Shown here one piece after another: positions 10,950-21,095 of a DNA stretch of 64,000 nt (the first letter of the stretch is position 1; each line of letters starts with the position of its first letter). Location: positions 314,888 through 378,887 of the forward strand of contig CAZIAP010000001.1 of assembly GCA_964537315.1 (NCBI GenBank), written 5' to 3'. The DNA is from an uncultured Gammaproteobacteria bacterium. GTDB lineage: Bacteria > Patescibacteriota > Microgenomatia > Levybacterales > GWA1-39-11. Position numbers and translations under genes: made by a program. The notes beneath the pieces are model-generated. The model saw only the letters and a program-made list of their open reading frames with translations, searched no databases and was not told the origin of the DNA.

Positions 10950-12227
10950 TTATTTATCTTGTGTTTTTAAATAATATAATATATAGCTAAAAAGTATAAA
11001 CATCGAGCTCACAAACAGAACCCCGATTACCTGATACAAACTATTATGAAAGAAGGAAAACAATAATATAAAAAGACCTGCTCCTAACAAATTTATTTTA
11101 TATATCCCAGTTTTTCCTATTGATAGGAAATAGTTATTAAACAGGTTAACTAGAGAAAATAAAATAATAAACAGAGAAAATGGACCTAAGTACTGTGCTA
11201 ACACTTGATACTCTGGTGAAGGAAAAAAAACGGATAACACCAAATGTGGAAAGAGGAAGTATCCAAATGATATTGCTAAGGAAATTGAAGTAACTAAAGC
11301 AAATGCTAGCATAAGAGTTTTTAATACATTTTCGTTTTTCTCACGTTTCTGCGCGATTAGTGGAAACAGAACAAACTGTAAGGGTGAAGTTAGATAAAAA
11401 ATAGCTTTTCCCATCAAGGATAAAGCTGCGTACTGACCTGAAATAATCGGCTCGAAGTAAAACCTCACAAGTAATATATCAGCATGTGAAATTATAATTA
11501 GACCTAATGTAGCAAAAAAAAATGGAATACTATAACTCTTCAATTCATTCAAGAATATCGGAGAATGCTTTGAAGTACTTTTCTCTATTCTGTGACGCTT
11601 CCGTATTATTACCATTCCAGCTACTAGCGGTAACAACGAAGATAAAAATATAGCAAATAATACACCAATTAATTTAAATCCAAGAATAATAAATACTACC
11701 GACAAGATCAATTTTAAAGTTGGTCCTAAAATAGAAAGTACGGAGAGAGTTTTAAATTGTAGTTCACCCTGTAGCATACCTGCAGGAAACGAGTAAAGAA
11801 CTGATAACCCAATTGAAAAGATAATTAAAATCAACAGAACGGGATCTTCTACCTTTAGTACAGTTGAGGTAAACGGGATGCTTACTAGTAATAAAAGAAC
11901 TAATATACCTGAGAAAATGAATACAAAACGAAACCCGGAATGAAACAATAGTGAAAATCCTTGGTTATCATTTGAAGCATGATAACGCGCGGAGAACTTT
12001 GCAAAAATCCCAAGTAGAGACATCTGAAATACTCCAAATAAAACACCTAGTGACGTTAATGCGGTTAAAAGTCCAAATTCAGAAACTTGGAGCAGTCTTC
12101 CCATAACAAGATTGAAAAGATAAGCAAACATGCTAGCACCAAATGATCCTAAAAATACAATACTACTTCCTGATATTAGTGGATGCTTTAAGACAACTTG
12201 TAAAGTTTTAAAGTTTATAAAGTTCAT
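10950..12227 (-). CDS. polysaccharide/oligosaccharide flippase (Wzx-like, MOP superfamily)
   Basis: 425 aa with about 12 TM helices evenly spaced, set among glycosyltransferases. Confidence 0.5.
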   Translation of the reverse strand: MNFINFKTLQVVLKHPLISGSSIVFLGSFGASMFAYLFNLVMGRLLQVSEFGLLTALTSLGVLFGVFQMSLLGIFAKFSARYHASNDNQGFSLLFHSGFRFVFIFSGILVLLLLVSIPFTSTVLKVEDPVLLILIIFSIGLSVLYSFPAGMLQGELQFKTLSVLSILGPTLKLILSVVFIILGFKLIGVLFAIFLSSLLPLVAGMVIIRKRHRIEKSTSKHSPIFLNELKSYSIPFFFATLGLIIISHADILLVRFYFEPIISGQYAALSLMGKAIFYLTSPLQFVLFPLIAQKREKNENVLKTLMLAFALVTSISLAISFGYFLFPHLVLSVFFPSPEYQVLAQYLGPFSLFIILFSLVNLFNNYFLSIGKTGIYKINLLGAGLFILLFSFFHNSLYQVIGVLFVSSMFILFSYILYYLKTQDK

Positions 12228-12239
12228 AAAGTTGGTTAG

Positions 12240-13298
12240 TTAAAATTTATAAACCTGCTGATATACTCGGGTTGTACCAGATATTGTTTTTTTCCAAGTA
12301 AATTTTTTTGCTTGTTGTAAACCTTTTTCTATTAAACCATCCCTGAGTTTTTTTGTAAAAAATACTTCGCCTACTCCATTCGCGATACTTGTTGTATCAT
12401 TTTCATCTACATAAAATGCCGCGTCACCGGCAATTTCAGATAGTGACCCACCTCTGGTAGTCACAACCGGACAACCTGATTGCATCGCTTCCAGTACTGG
12501 CAACCCAAAGCCTTCATATATGCTTGGCATTACAAATACATCAGCAATATTATAAAGCTTCACAAGGTCCTCCTGATCAACAAAACCTAGAGGTATAAAT
12601 CGTTTGTCTCCTTTCATCTTCTCCTGTACCAGAGCAAGATCACGGTTCCAAGGATTTGATTTATCATAGTCTGTAGATCCGATAGATTTACCAACAAGCA
12701 CTAAAGTAAGATTAATCTGTTTGATAGCATCAATCAGTCTAGGCAGATTCTTATTTGCTGTCACGTCTCCAACATAAAGTACGAAACGGTCTGGAAGACC
12801 GTATTTAGTTCTCAGTTCACGGTCCATAGTTCTTGGTATATTAAGCTGTTTAAATTCAGGACCTGCTGCTAGGTATACTGTATTTATTTTATTTTTTGAG
12901 ATTCCGGTGATTCGTGCTATGTCATTTGCAGAAGAGTTAGAATCGGTTATTATTGAGTCAGCTTGTGTAAGTAATTTCTTTTGTATTTGCCACTTTATAC
13001 TTCCTTTTACACCTGACGGAAACTGATGAGGAAACACGAGCGGAGTCAGATCATGGACTGTAACAACCAGCTTCGATTTTTTTATTAAAGGTAAGTGTAC
13101 AAAAAAAGGATCAAAGTATGGGATATGAAGTAAATCTACCTTATTATTACTATTAAGCTCGTTGATGTTATTAGAAAACACATACTCATTGTTTTTATCG
13201 TACTCAACAAGATGCTTTTTAAGGTTTTGAACATAAAAACCAACACCACGAATTTTGTGTCCAGATTGTAATGGGGATGTGTCAATTGCTATCTTCAT
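12240..13298 (-). CDS. glycosyltransferase family 4
   Basis: VFVMPSIYEGFGLPVLEAMQSGCPVVTTRGGSLSEIAGDAAFYVD contains the EX7E motif region of GT4. Confidence 0.85.
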   Translation of the reverse strand: MKIAIDTSPLQSGHKIRGVGFYVQNLKKHLVEYDKNNEYVFSNNINELNSNNKVDLLHIPYFDPFFVHLPLIKKSKLVVTVHDLTPLVFPHQFPSGVKGSIKWQIQKKLLTQADSIITDSNSSANDIARITGISKNKINTVYLAAGPEFKQLNIPRTMDRELRTKYGLPDRFVLYVGDVTANKNLPRLIDAIKQINLTLVLVGKSIGSTDYDKSNPWNRDLALVQEKMKGDKRFIPLGFVDQEDLVKLYNIADVFVMPSIYEGFGLPVLEAMQSGCPVVTTRGGSLSEIAGDAAFYVDENDTTSIANGVGEVFFTKKLRDGLIEKGLQQAKKFTWKKTISGTTRVYQQVYKF

Positions 13299-14455
13299 TG
13301 TTTAACTTTAACAGTTTTATATAAGGTCTGAATTGAATAAAACATAAGTATGTATAAGATGGGAATCAAAATCACAAAATATCGAGCTGCAACTTGTCCA
13401 AAACTGAAGAAAAGAATATAAATTATTGCCCAAAACAAAAGTGGCTCAAGTTGTCTATTATGAGACACTTTTCTAAAGAAGTGTAAAAGTACCAGTACTA
13501 CCATATTTACAGTAAGTATAGGCCAAGTAATTAACCATTGCGAATCAGATAAAATAGGTTTATTGCCCCACCACACATGCCAATGATTTAACAAAAGTAA
13601 TGGCCAAATGGTAAAAGGTTTTATTAGCTGACTTTTATGGTATTCCAAAATATATTTTTGCACACCAATAAATTCTCTTAAATCGTATCCATTAAATAAT
13701 AATTGAACATAGTTAAGAAGTAAAAATAAAACACTTATTGGTAATGTAAACGTTAAATACAGAGCCTTTTTATAATCTTTATTCCAAATTAACACACCAT
13801 ACCATGCTGCAACGATTGTTGCTCCAGTTGCATAAAATTTTGTTGATATAAACATACCAAGAAAGAGAGAGGCGAGTGAGAAAAATATTACGACTTGTTT
13901 TGTAGTGACTTTTTTTTCTAAACCTTTTATAAAAAAGAAAAAAGCCAGGAGTAAAAAAAACAACTGCATAATATCAAGCAATGGTACGTGTATTAGCTGA
14001 TTTCTAAAAATTGGCTCTAGGCTGAGTAGAAAGACTGGGATAATCGCAAATAGCCTTGACGCAAATACTTTCATTCCAATCATATACATCAAAATTAGTG
14101 AACCTACTGCAGAGATAAGAATAAACAAGTTTTCGTTTCCGGTTAATAGTGCAGAATATCCAATTAAATATCTTCCGAAAGGTGGAGTGTCTGCAGCTAT
14201 TATAATTGGTAAAACTCCCTCTTTAATATATGCTGCTCCGGCATATGAGTTAACTGTTACGTCTGGAATCCATTCTGTTGGATTTTTCACTACATATTGT
14301 GATGATCCATAGTCGTCTTTTAATAGTGGGTAACGATCCCAAAAATCGAATGATAAGTAGTTATTGCTATTCTCTAATAAAGTAAGAAATACTGTTGCAG
14401 CTATTAAACATACAATAGCAAAAAAAATAATTAACGAAAAAGATTTTCCTTTCAT
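13295..14455 (-). CDS. polytopic membrane protein, GT-C-like putative glycosyltransferase
   Basis: 386 aa, about 10 TM helices, N-terminal periplasmic loop. ATGA overlap with galE. Confidence 0.45.
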   Translation of the reverse strand: MKGKSFSLIIFFAIVCLIAATVFLTLLENSNNYLSFDFWDRYPLLKDDYGSSQYVVKNPTEWIPDVTVNSYAGAAYIKEGVLPIIIAADTPPFGRYLIGYSALLTGNENLFILISAVGSLILMYMIGMKVFASRLFAIIPVFLLSLEPIFRNQLIHVPLLDIMQLFFLLLAFFFFIKGLEKKVTTKQVVIFFSLASLFLGMFISTKFYATGATIVAAWYGVLIWNKDYKKALYLTFTLPISVLFLLLNYVQLLFNGYDLREFIGVQKYILEYHKSQLIKPFTIWPLLLLNHWHVWWGNKPILSDSQWLITWPILTVNMVVLVLLHFFRKVSHNRQLEPLLFWAIIYILFFSFGQVAARYFVILIPILYILMFYSIQTLYKTVKVKQ

Positions 14456-15423
14456 GCCTGTTTCTTATGCCAATTCCAGGCAGATCTGACAATCGTTTCC
14501 AAATCTGAGTGCTTTGGATCAAATCCCAGAACTGTTTTTGCCTTGGTGTTGTCTGCATAAATCATAGGCGGGTCTCCCGGTCTTTTTGGCTTTTCATCTA
14601 CCATGAAATCCACTCCACTTACTTTTTTGACCATATCAATGACCTCTCTGTTTGAATGTCCTTGTCCAGTTCCAAGATTGAATGAGTCGCTTTTGTTCTC
14701 CTTCATTACATAATCTAATGCCTGAATATGCCCTGTCGCCAAGTCTTCAATATGAATATAATCTCTAATACATGTCCCGTCTTCTGTCGGGTAATCATTT
14801 CCAAAAAGTGAGAAACTTTCTCTTTTTCCGAGAGCTGCTTCTATTGCTATTGGGATAATATGTGTTTCCGGATCATGCTGTTCACCCAGATCACCTTCTA
14901 AACCCGCCCCTGCCGCATTAAAATATCGAAGATTTATATGTTTGATGCCATGAATCTTGTCATACCAATCCAGGATAGTCTCAAACATCAGCTTGGATTC
15001 ACCATATGTGCTCTCCGGGTGTTTTGGTGACTCTTCAGTAACAGGTAACTGGTCAGGTGTTCCGAAAATTGCGCAAGTTGAAGAAAAGATAATGTATTTT
15101 ATCCCCTCTTTTTTCATTAGCTCCAATAGATTTAGCCCACCAGTAATATTGTTGTAAAAATACTTATATGGATCCTGCATTGACTCGCCTGCCTGAGCGT
15201 ATGCCGCAAAATGAATAACTGCGTCAAAATTTTTACCTGAGAGGGATTCAAAAAGAAAATCCTTATCTACTAAATCTCCCTGAATCAACTCGCACGACAC
15301 AGACTCTCTATGACCATAAACCAAATTATCGTAGATAGTTACTTCGTGTCCTTGTTCAAGCAACCTCTTAACCGTAGTACTACCAATATACCCCGCCCCA
15401 CCAGTGACCAAAATCTTACTCAT
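14452..15423 (-). CDS. galE: UDP-glucose 4-epimerase
   Basis: MSKILVTGGAGYIGS, YFNAAGAG and catalytic YGESK. Length and overall pattern match GalE. Confidence 0.9.
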   Translation of the reverse strand: MSKILVTGGAGYIGSTTVKRLLEQGHEVTIYDNLVYGHRESVSCELIQGDLVDKDFLFESLSGKNFDAVIHFAAYAQAGESMQDPYKYFYNNITGGLNLLELMKKEGIKYIIFSSTCAIFGTPDQLPVTEESPKHPESTYGESKLMFETILDWYDKIHGIKHINLRYFNAAGAGLEGDLGEQHDPETHIIPIAIEAALGKRESFSLFGNDYPTEDGTCIRDYIHIEDLATGHIQALDYVMKENKSDSFNLGTGQGHSNREVIDMVKKVSGVDFMVDEKPKRPGDPPMIYADNTKAKTVLGFDPKHSDLETIVRSAWNWHKKQA

Positions 15424-15465
15424 TTTAATACCTCCACATTACACCAGTATACCTTTTTTTTATCA

Positions 15466-15518
15466 GCTCGCCCGACACGCAAGACAACCTTGCATAGTCG
15501 TTGCGGGCGGGCCCCACC
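15466..15518. other. GC-rich imperfect stem-loop (CGCCCG...CGGGCG with inner GCAAG/CTTGC) preceded by a T9 run, in the galE upstream/intergenic region
   Basis: The segment gctcgcccgacacgcaagacaaccttgcatagtcgttgcgggcgggcccc stands out in a ~30% GC background. It is not a canonical terminator in either orientation. Confidence 0.35.
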
Positions 15519-15594
15519 TGTAACCAGAATATTAAGTTTATCCATAATAATATTTTACCAAAATGTACTGCTAAATATTAGATATTCATATATC

Positions 15595-17124
15595 TTATCT
15601 AAAATGTAGGTTACATATAAGATTTGGATCAGATTCAACCAATATTTCTTCAGGATCAAGAATATATTTTTCAACCAATACACCCTTTCCAAATGTTGTT
15701 ACTTTAATAGGATCCTTTTCTAAACCAACCCGTATTTTTTTCCAAAATACAGGATCAGTCTTAGCATATTCTTCAGGTGTTGGGTAGTAAATTAAATACG
15801 TAATTGGTAACTTTTTGCATAAATCTGCTCTAGAGATATAATCATCTTGCAGGTAATTCATCGCATATTTAACAGAATACCCAAATTCATCCGGAGAGTA
15901 TACATAGTAACCAATTTCTGCTTCTTCAGAATCTTGATAAATATATTCGGCAATGTTTTTATTTAAAATCCAAGATGAGCTGTCATAGTTTGATTCACTA
16001 CTCAGCCAACCTAATGCAACATTTTTGCTCTGAATAAATAATAAAGTAAAAACAATGAAATAAACTGCAAAAAAAACTTGTTTGGGAATTATTCGATAAA
16101 GTGATACAAAAACAATAATAACTAAAGGCAGAAATGCCCAGTGATAATAATCCCAAACTAATCCTTTGAACAATATGCTTAAAATCCAGAATCCAGTATA
16201 GAATCCAAAGAATATAAAATAGAAGTTCCTACTTTTAAGTCGTGTGTCAGTAATCGTTTTGAATATAATAAATACATTTAAACCTAGAAAAGCTAAACTA
16301 TTTAGAATACCTGATCCTATTAACTGAAGTCTGCTAACAAAGCCCTCCATTCTATTTAAGATTATTTCGACAATACTTAATTTCGTCCTGTCAGTAGGAG
16401 GATTTGTTAAAAAACCAATTATTGAATTAATGTGTAAGAAGTTATTTCTTATTTCAAAAACTATATAGTTTGATAAAGGTAATATCATAAGTAAGTAAAA
16501 TAAAATATATTTAAACTGCTGTCTTCTATACAGGATTATGGATGTATATACTATTGACATAAATATTGTCAGCATAGCAAAAGCAGGTTGTAGATGAAAA
16601 AGTACGCCTAAAATTAATATAAGCGCAATTAGATATTTTTTATCTGTAGACTCAGTAATTTTAAACAGCAAATACCAAATAATTGGCGATAAAATTAATG
16701 ACCCAAAACTTTGCGTAAATCCTTTCGCGGTAGGTATGACAGCAACAGAATACATGACAGCAGTAAGAATACCCGTATCGTTACCGAACAGCTTTCTTGA
16801 TACCCAATATACTGATATTATAGACAAACATACTGCCAGTAACCAAAATACCCCTATAAAAATAGGGTTTCCTTTTCCAATAACGAAAAACGGGGTTGCA
16901 GCATAATACCAAATAGGACCAAAGTATACTCCCGATATTCCTCCTGCTCTAGGTCCTATTAAGTCTGGACTACGTGTGTTTACCATATCTTCTATTAATA
17001 ACAAGTCCCTTGCTGTATCAGTGTGAAAAAGAACATCACCATGTATAAGGTGCAAACTTGAGTAATATAAACTACTTATTAACAGTGCGATTGATAAAAT
17101 GTATAACGCTATTCTTTTTTTCAT
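15595..17124 (-). CDS. polytopic membrane protein, GT-C-like (HTDTARD motif family)
   Basis: 509 aa with many TM helices. N-terminal loop FHTDTARDLLLIEDM is related to the loops of 37934..39637 and 39624..41294. Confidence 0.5.
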   Translation of the reverse strand: MKKRIALYILSIALLISSLYYSSLHLIHGDVLFHTDTARDLLLIEDMVNTRSPDLIGPRAGGISGVYFGPIWYYAATPFFVIGKGNPIFIGVFWLLAVCLSIISVYWVSRKLFGNDTGILTAVMYSVAVIPTAKGFTQSFGSLILSPIIWYLLFKITESTDKKYLIALILILGVLFHLQPAFAMLTIFMSIVYTSIILYRRQQFKYILFYLLMILPLSNYIVFEIRNNFLHINSIIGFLTNPPTDRTKLSIVEIILNRMEGFVSRLQLIGSGILNSLAFLGLNVFIIFKTITDTRLKSRNFYFIFFGFYTGFWILSILFKGLVWDYYHWAFLPLVIIVFVSLYRIIPKQVFFAVYFIVFTLLFIQSKNVALGWLSSESNYDSSSWILNKNIAEYIYQDSEEAEIGYYVYSPDEFGYSVKYAMNYLQDDYISRADLCKKLPITYLIYYPTPEEYAKTDPVFWKKIRVGLEKDPIKVTTFGKGVLVEKYILDPEEILVESDPNLICNLHFR

Positions 17125-17133
17125 CTATAAAAT

Positions 17134-17961
17134 TTATTTAAATGATTGAATATATGACACAGGGAATCTTAGTGCTGAGAACAGAGAGAATACAAAACCC
17201 GACCACCCATCCATGAATCCTTTGTGTCTACCGTACGTTGTCACAAACCAGTGTCCAGGGCGTGCGATAAGATATCCGATTGCCTGGGTAAATATCTGAA
17301 AAGAATTCATCTTTTTCCGCTCTGTTTTAATTTCGTTGGCAAATAATGCATTATATCTTTTCCATTTTTGCAGATAAGCAGAAAAATTTTTATATGGATA
17401 GTGCAAAAGAGCGTGATCTAAGTAACCTACCTTTCCTTCGATTACTGCTTGCTCGTGTACGTCCTTTTGTGGCAGTTTTCCCTTCCCTCTTTTATATAAT
17501 CTCACTGTATAGTCAGGATACTGTCCTCCTTTCATGAGGAATCTGCCAAGAAAATAATTTTTACGAGGCATCCAGTAGCCATTAGGCTCAGTTATTAGTT
17601 CATGGTTCAAAGTTTTTGGTTTTTGCTTCTTTGCTCGTGAATCTTGACTCTTGCTTCCACGTCCTAAGACTTGTTTAATTTCTTCTGCAAGTTCAGGAGA
17701 AATAACTTCATCTGCATCCATCTGAAGAATCCAATCACCTGTTGCTTTATCAATCGACTTCTGTTTGTTTATATGAAAGTTAGGAGGATTGTCAGTCACG
17801 GTAACTTTTGCACCATACTGCTTTGCAATCTCTACAGTTTTGTCTGTTGATGTTCCATCAACAATCACTATCTCATCTGCAATGTCTTTTACTGACTCAA
17901 GACATCGAGCTAAGTTTTCTTCTTCATTAAATGTGGCAAGAACTACTGATAACTTTCCCAT
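17134..17961 (-). CDS. glycosyltransferase family 2 (paralog of 34023..34772)
   Basis: LSVVLATFNEEENLARCLESVKDIADEIVIVDGTSTDKTVEIAKQYGAKV; high similarity to the 34023..34772 N-terminal domain. Confidence 0.8.
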   Translation of the reverse strand: MGKLSVVLATFNEEENLARCLESVKDIADEIVIVDGTSTDKTVEIAKQYGAKVTVTDNPPNFHINKQKSIDKATGDWILQMDADEVISPELAEEIKQVLGRGSKSQDSRAKKQKPKTLNHELITEPNGYWMPRKNYFLGRFLMKGGQYPDYTVRLYKRGKGKLPQKDVHEQAVIEGKVGYLDHALLHYPYKNFSAYLQKWKRYNALFANEIKTERKKMNSFQIFTQAIGYLIARPGHWFVTTYGRHKGFMDGWSGFVFSLFSALRFPVSYIQSFK

Positions 17962-18027
17962 TTCTTTATTATAACAATAGTATTAACTAGTTAACGAGTA
18001 ATTCTTAAATATTTAATACTAAATTGT

Positions 18028-19608
18028 TTATTCTATCGCAGACGGATCAAGACGATACCCGTACTGCTGAATTTCTTCAAGCTGCTGTTGATTTAACTGT
18101 CGTGCCCTGCTTTTTAAAATATACAGACAGCTTGATTGATCAGTAAATTGTATTGGCGCATACTCAAAACGAACTCTTTCAGGTAGGCTATTGAATAACG
18201 ACTTTGCCTCAAAACAATTGAAGTAATAAAAGGTTGGCGGATTATTCTCAAACATTGAAAGTCGCTGCTTCCTGTACTTGTCGATATCATGCATTACCGG
18301 ATAATATACCTGATACTCAAACGCAGGAGGCGTTTTTGACTGCCAGTATAAAAGGCTTTCTGAAAAATCTACATGTAGTGTGTCACCTGGAGACGCAAGC
18401 AAGTCTACAGTTTTTCCAGTTACGAGATATTTGTCATACTGAAATGCAAAAAGAGCGTTTCTATCAACAGACCTAGTAATATACGAATCAGACTGCACCG
18501 CAGTATAACCAACAAAACCAGTAATAACTAAGATTAATCCAACTGAAAGTTTTTTATTTAATTTGAATATCTCTCTGATCAATAAAAATATTGCTATTAG
18601 AAAGATTCCAATCCATTGAATCTGATAAAAAGCGCTATAGTACATCGTTCCCGGTTGAACCATTCGCACATTTGCTACACCTAAAATAATTAGAATATAA
18701 ATTATCAATTTCCAATTCTTTGTTCTGTAGAAAAAATAACTCAAAGATAGTAAAAATACTCCGCTTATCCCTATCAAAAATATCCTTAGAAAATTGCTTT
18801 CCCCTGAAAAAAATACAAATACTGGATAAAAAAACATAGAAAATAATCCTAGGTTTGACTGCGCGTTTGACTCAAGCTGATAACTAAATACAGTCTCGTA
18901 ATTTACATATACTACTTGGTATAGGTACTCCTGAATTGGCACAGTTATAAAAGTTATAAGAGAGAGAATTAAAAATACTCCAAAGGAGTACAACTGTTTT
19001 TTTGAAAGTTTTTTCTCTATCAGGAGAAATACAAACATTACAATTGCGAGCGGTACATATGGTTCTCGGCTCCAGACAACAAACCATGTGCCAAGCGAGG
19101 CAAGTATAAGATCAGTTGTTGAAATGGTCTTATGGAGAAGTTTTTTCCAACCTAAATAGAATAGAAATATATGTATATATACGATTATTCCTTCAGCTAA
19201 AAATAAGTACCCGAAAAAATAATATTTAATTAGCTCATACACAATTATCACCCCTACACCTACCCACCTTAATCGTAATATCAAAAAAACACCTGCAATA
19301 GCAGAAACTAAAAATACAAAGATACGATGGTACATAATTACCTGGTACAGAGAATCAGGCTGAGTAGCCAGCTGAATAAGAGAGCTTAGATATACCGGAA
19401 GCATCTGATGATTAAAGAACTGCTCAGAGTACAGCAATTTTCCTTGAATGAAAAAATGCCCCGCCACAATATTGGCTACCTCATCAAAAAAAATAAATGA
19501 AGTAAATTGAGAGTAGTAAAGTACGAACAGCGCCGAGTACAATCCAGCAACCGCCAAAGCAATAACTAAAGACTTTATGGTGAGATATTTTTTGATAATC
19601 TTATGCAT
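18028..19608 (-). CDS. polytopic membrane protein, GT-C fold glycosyltransferase-like (FFDE motif)
   Basis: 526 aa. First loop FIFFDEVANIVAGHF contains the DE motif typical of the ArnT/PMT superfamily. Confidence 0.55.
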   Translation of the reverse strand: MHKIIKKYLTIKSLVIALAVAGLYSALFVLYYSQFTSFIFFDEVANIVAGHFFIQGKLLYSEQFFNHQMLPVYLSSLIQLATQPDSLYQVIMYHRIFVFLVSAIAGVFLILRLRWVGVGVIIVYELIKYYFFGYLFLAEGIIVYIHIFLFYLGWKKLLHKTISTTDLILASLGTWFVVWSREPYVPLAIVMFVFLLIEKKLSKKQLYSFGVFLILSLITFITVPIQEYLYQVVYVNYETVFSYQLESNAQSNLGLFSMFFYPVFVFFSGESNFLRIFLIGISGVFLLSLSYFFYRTKNWKLIIYILIILGVANVRMVQPGTMYYSAFYQIQWIGIFLIAIFLLIREIFKLNKKLSVGLILVITGFVGYTAVQSDSYITRSVDRNALFAFQYDKYLVTGKTVDLLASPGDTLHVDFSESLLYWQSKTPPAFEYQVYYPVMHDIDKYRKQRLSMFENNPPTFYYFNCFEAKSLFNSLPERVRFEYAPIQFTDQSSCLYILKSRARQLNQQQLEEIQQYGYRLDPSAIE

Positions 19609-19610
19609 AA

Positions 19611-21086
19611 TTATGGTTTTTCCTCATACCACCACTTCAACTCACGTTTGTATACAGTTTCCGGAGAGATCGGTGTCCAACCTGCATCCGTGATTTCATC
19701 TTTTGAATACCCACCTAGATCGATAATGTTTTTATCTGAATATACACGATCATCACCATCAACCGTATAGCAGGAATCGTCGTATACACCTATCGGCACG
19801 CCGTTATCACTTAACAAATGCTCAGAATGTAGCAAGAATGCATAAGCTTGTGATCTATTCCTATCCTGCCTACCACAATCCAATATCGAGAACTCTTGAT
19901 CAGGATAGCTTGACTTTAAAAACTCAATATCAGCTTTGTAATTAACGTGCGATTCCATAGTATGTCCTACTGCAAAACTTTTCGGAATTACCACACCAAC
20001 CAGAGTAATCAGTGCTAATAATCCAAGTACTAAACCTTTTTTTAGCTGCAACACACGCCAAAAGGCATAACCAACAAACAAAAATATGAATGGATGAAGA
20101 TACAGCAAGTAATATGACTCACGTGATCCTGTATGATATCTCAGATATAAAAATTGAATAATAAAAGCAACAATGAGCAGTAACATCGACTTCTCAATTT
20201 TTTTTGTCACTATACTCCATACAATAATCCCAGCCGTCAAAACTCCAATGATGAGTCCGGGAATAACAGGAACTCCGATAACATATGCCCAAAACTCTGG
20301 CCAAAAATCTCTCAGGTAAATTGTCCAACTGTTTGGTATATATACTGAGTTTTTACCGTCTGTAAGATAAAAGAAAAATCCCCTTACTGTGTGCCAATGA
20401 TTGATAGCGTTGAAGAATATTAAAGGGATAAACGAAGTAATCAATCCTATTAAAGAAACATAAATAAATTTAAATCTCTGATGTTTTTGTGCGACAAACA
20501 AAAGTGGTAAGAATAATAAAAATGTAAGTGTTTGGAAGTGATAATTAATACCGATACCAAGTACGAGCCCAAAGAAAAATGCCCACCATAATGATATTTT
20601 CTCTTTTATAGCTTTTGCGAATACCCAGAGCACAAATGCACAACAAACAAACACCATATCAGGATTACTCAGTCCGGTTCCGGCAATAATCTGAGCAGGA
20701 GAAATCGCGGTAAGAAGTGCTAGTATTCCTCCCAGACGCCAATCACCGATAGTTTCACCAAGCTTATACATAAAAAATATTCCTAGTATAGAAAGTAGCG
20801 AAACAGAAACCCAAGGAGCATATTGATAAGGAACAAAAAATTGAAAACCGATAAGCTGATAATAATACCATGGTCCGAAGTTGAAATTTCCTAGCGCAGA
20901 TGCCGGACCATGCATCGGCAATTGAAAAACATTTGCGCCATATACAGCAATCAATGCGTCTCGTGTAGCGTCATAATCAAATCCATATCGTTGTGGAGTA
21001 TTATGAAATCTCAAAATTACCCCAACCAGCAAGATGGAAATTAATATAACCTTCGGTAATGTGAAATAGGTGCGCAGTACTTTCAA
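19611..21086 (-). CDS. polytopic membrane protein, GT-C-like
   Basis: 491 aa, about 11 TM helices. Loop YGFDYDATRDA has aromatic and acidic residues. Confidence 0.5.
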   Translation of the reverse strand: MKVLRTYFTLPKVILISILLVGVILRFHNTPQRYGFDYDATRDALIAVYGANVFQLPMHGPASALGNFNFGPWYYYQLIGFQFFVPYQYAPWVSVSLLSILGIFFMYKLGETIGDWRLGGILALLTAISPAQIIAGTGLSNPDMVFVCCAFVLWVFAKAIKEKISLWWAFFFGLVLGIGINYHFQTLTFLLFLPLLFVAQKHQRFKFIYVSLIGLITSFIPLIFFNAINHWHTVRGFFFYLTDGKNSVYIPNSWTIYLRDFWPEFWAYVIGVPVIPGLIIGVLTAGIIVWSIVTKKIEKSMLLLIVAFIIQFLYLRYHTGSRESYYLLYLHPFIFLFVGYAFWRVLQLKKGLVLGLLALITLVGVVIPKSFAVGHTMESHVNYKADIEFLKSSYPDQEFSILDCGRQDRNRSQAYAFLLHSEHLLSDNGVPIGVYDDSCYTVDGDDRVYSDKNIIDLGGYSKDEITDAGWTPISPETVYKRELKWWYEEKP

Positions 21087-21095
21087 AATATGAGA

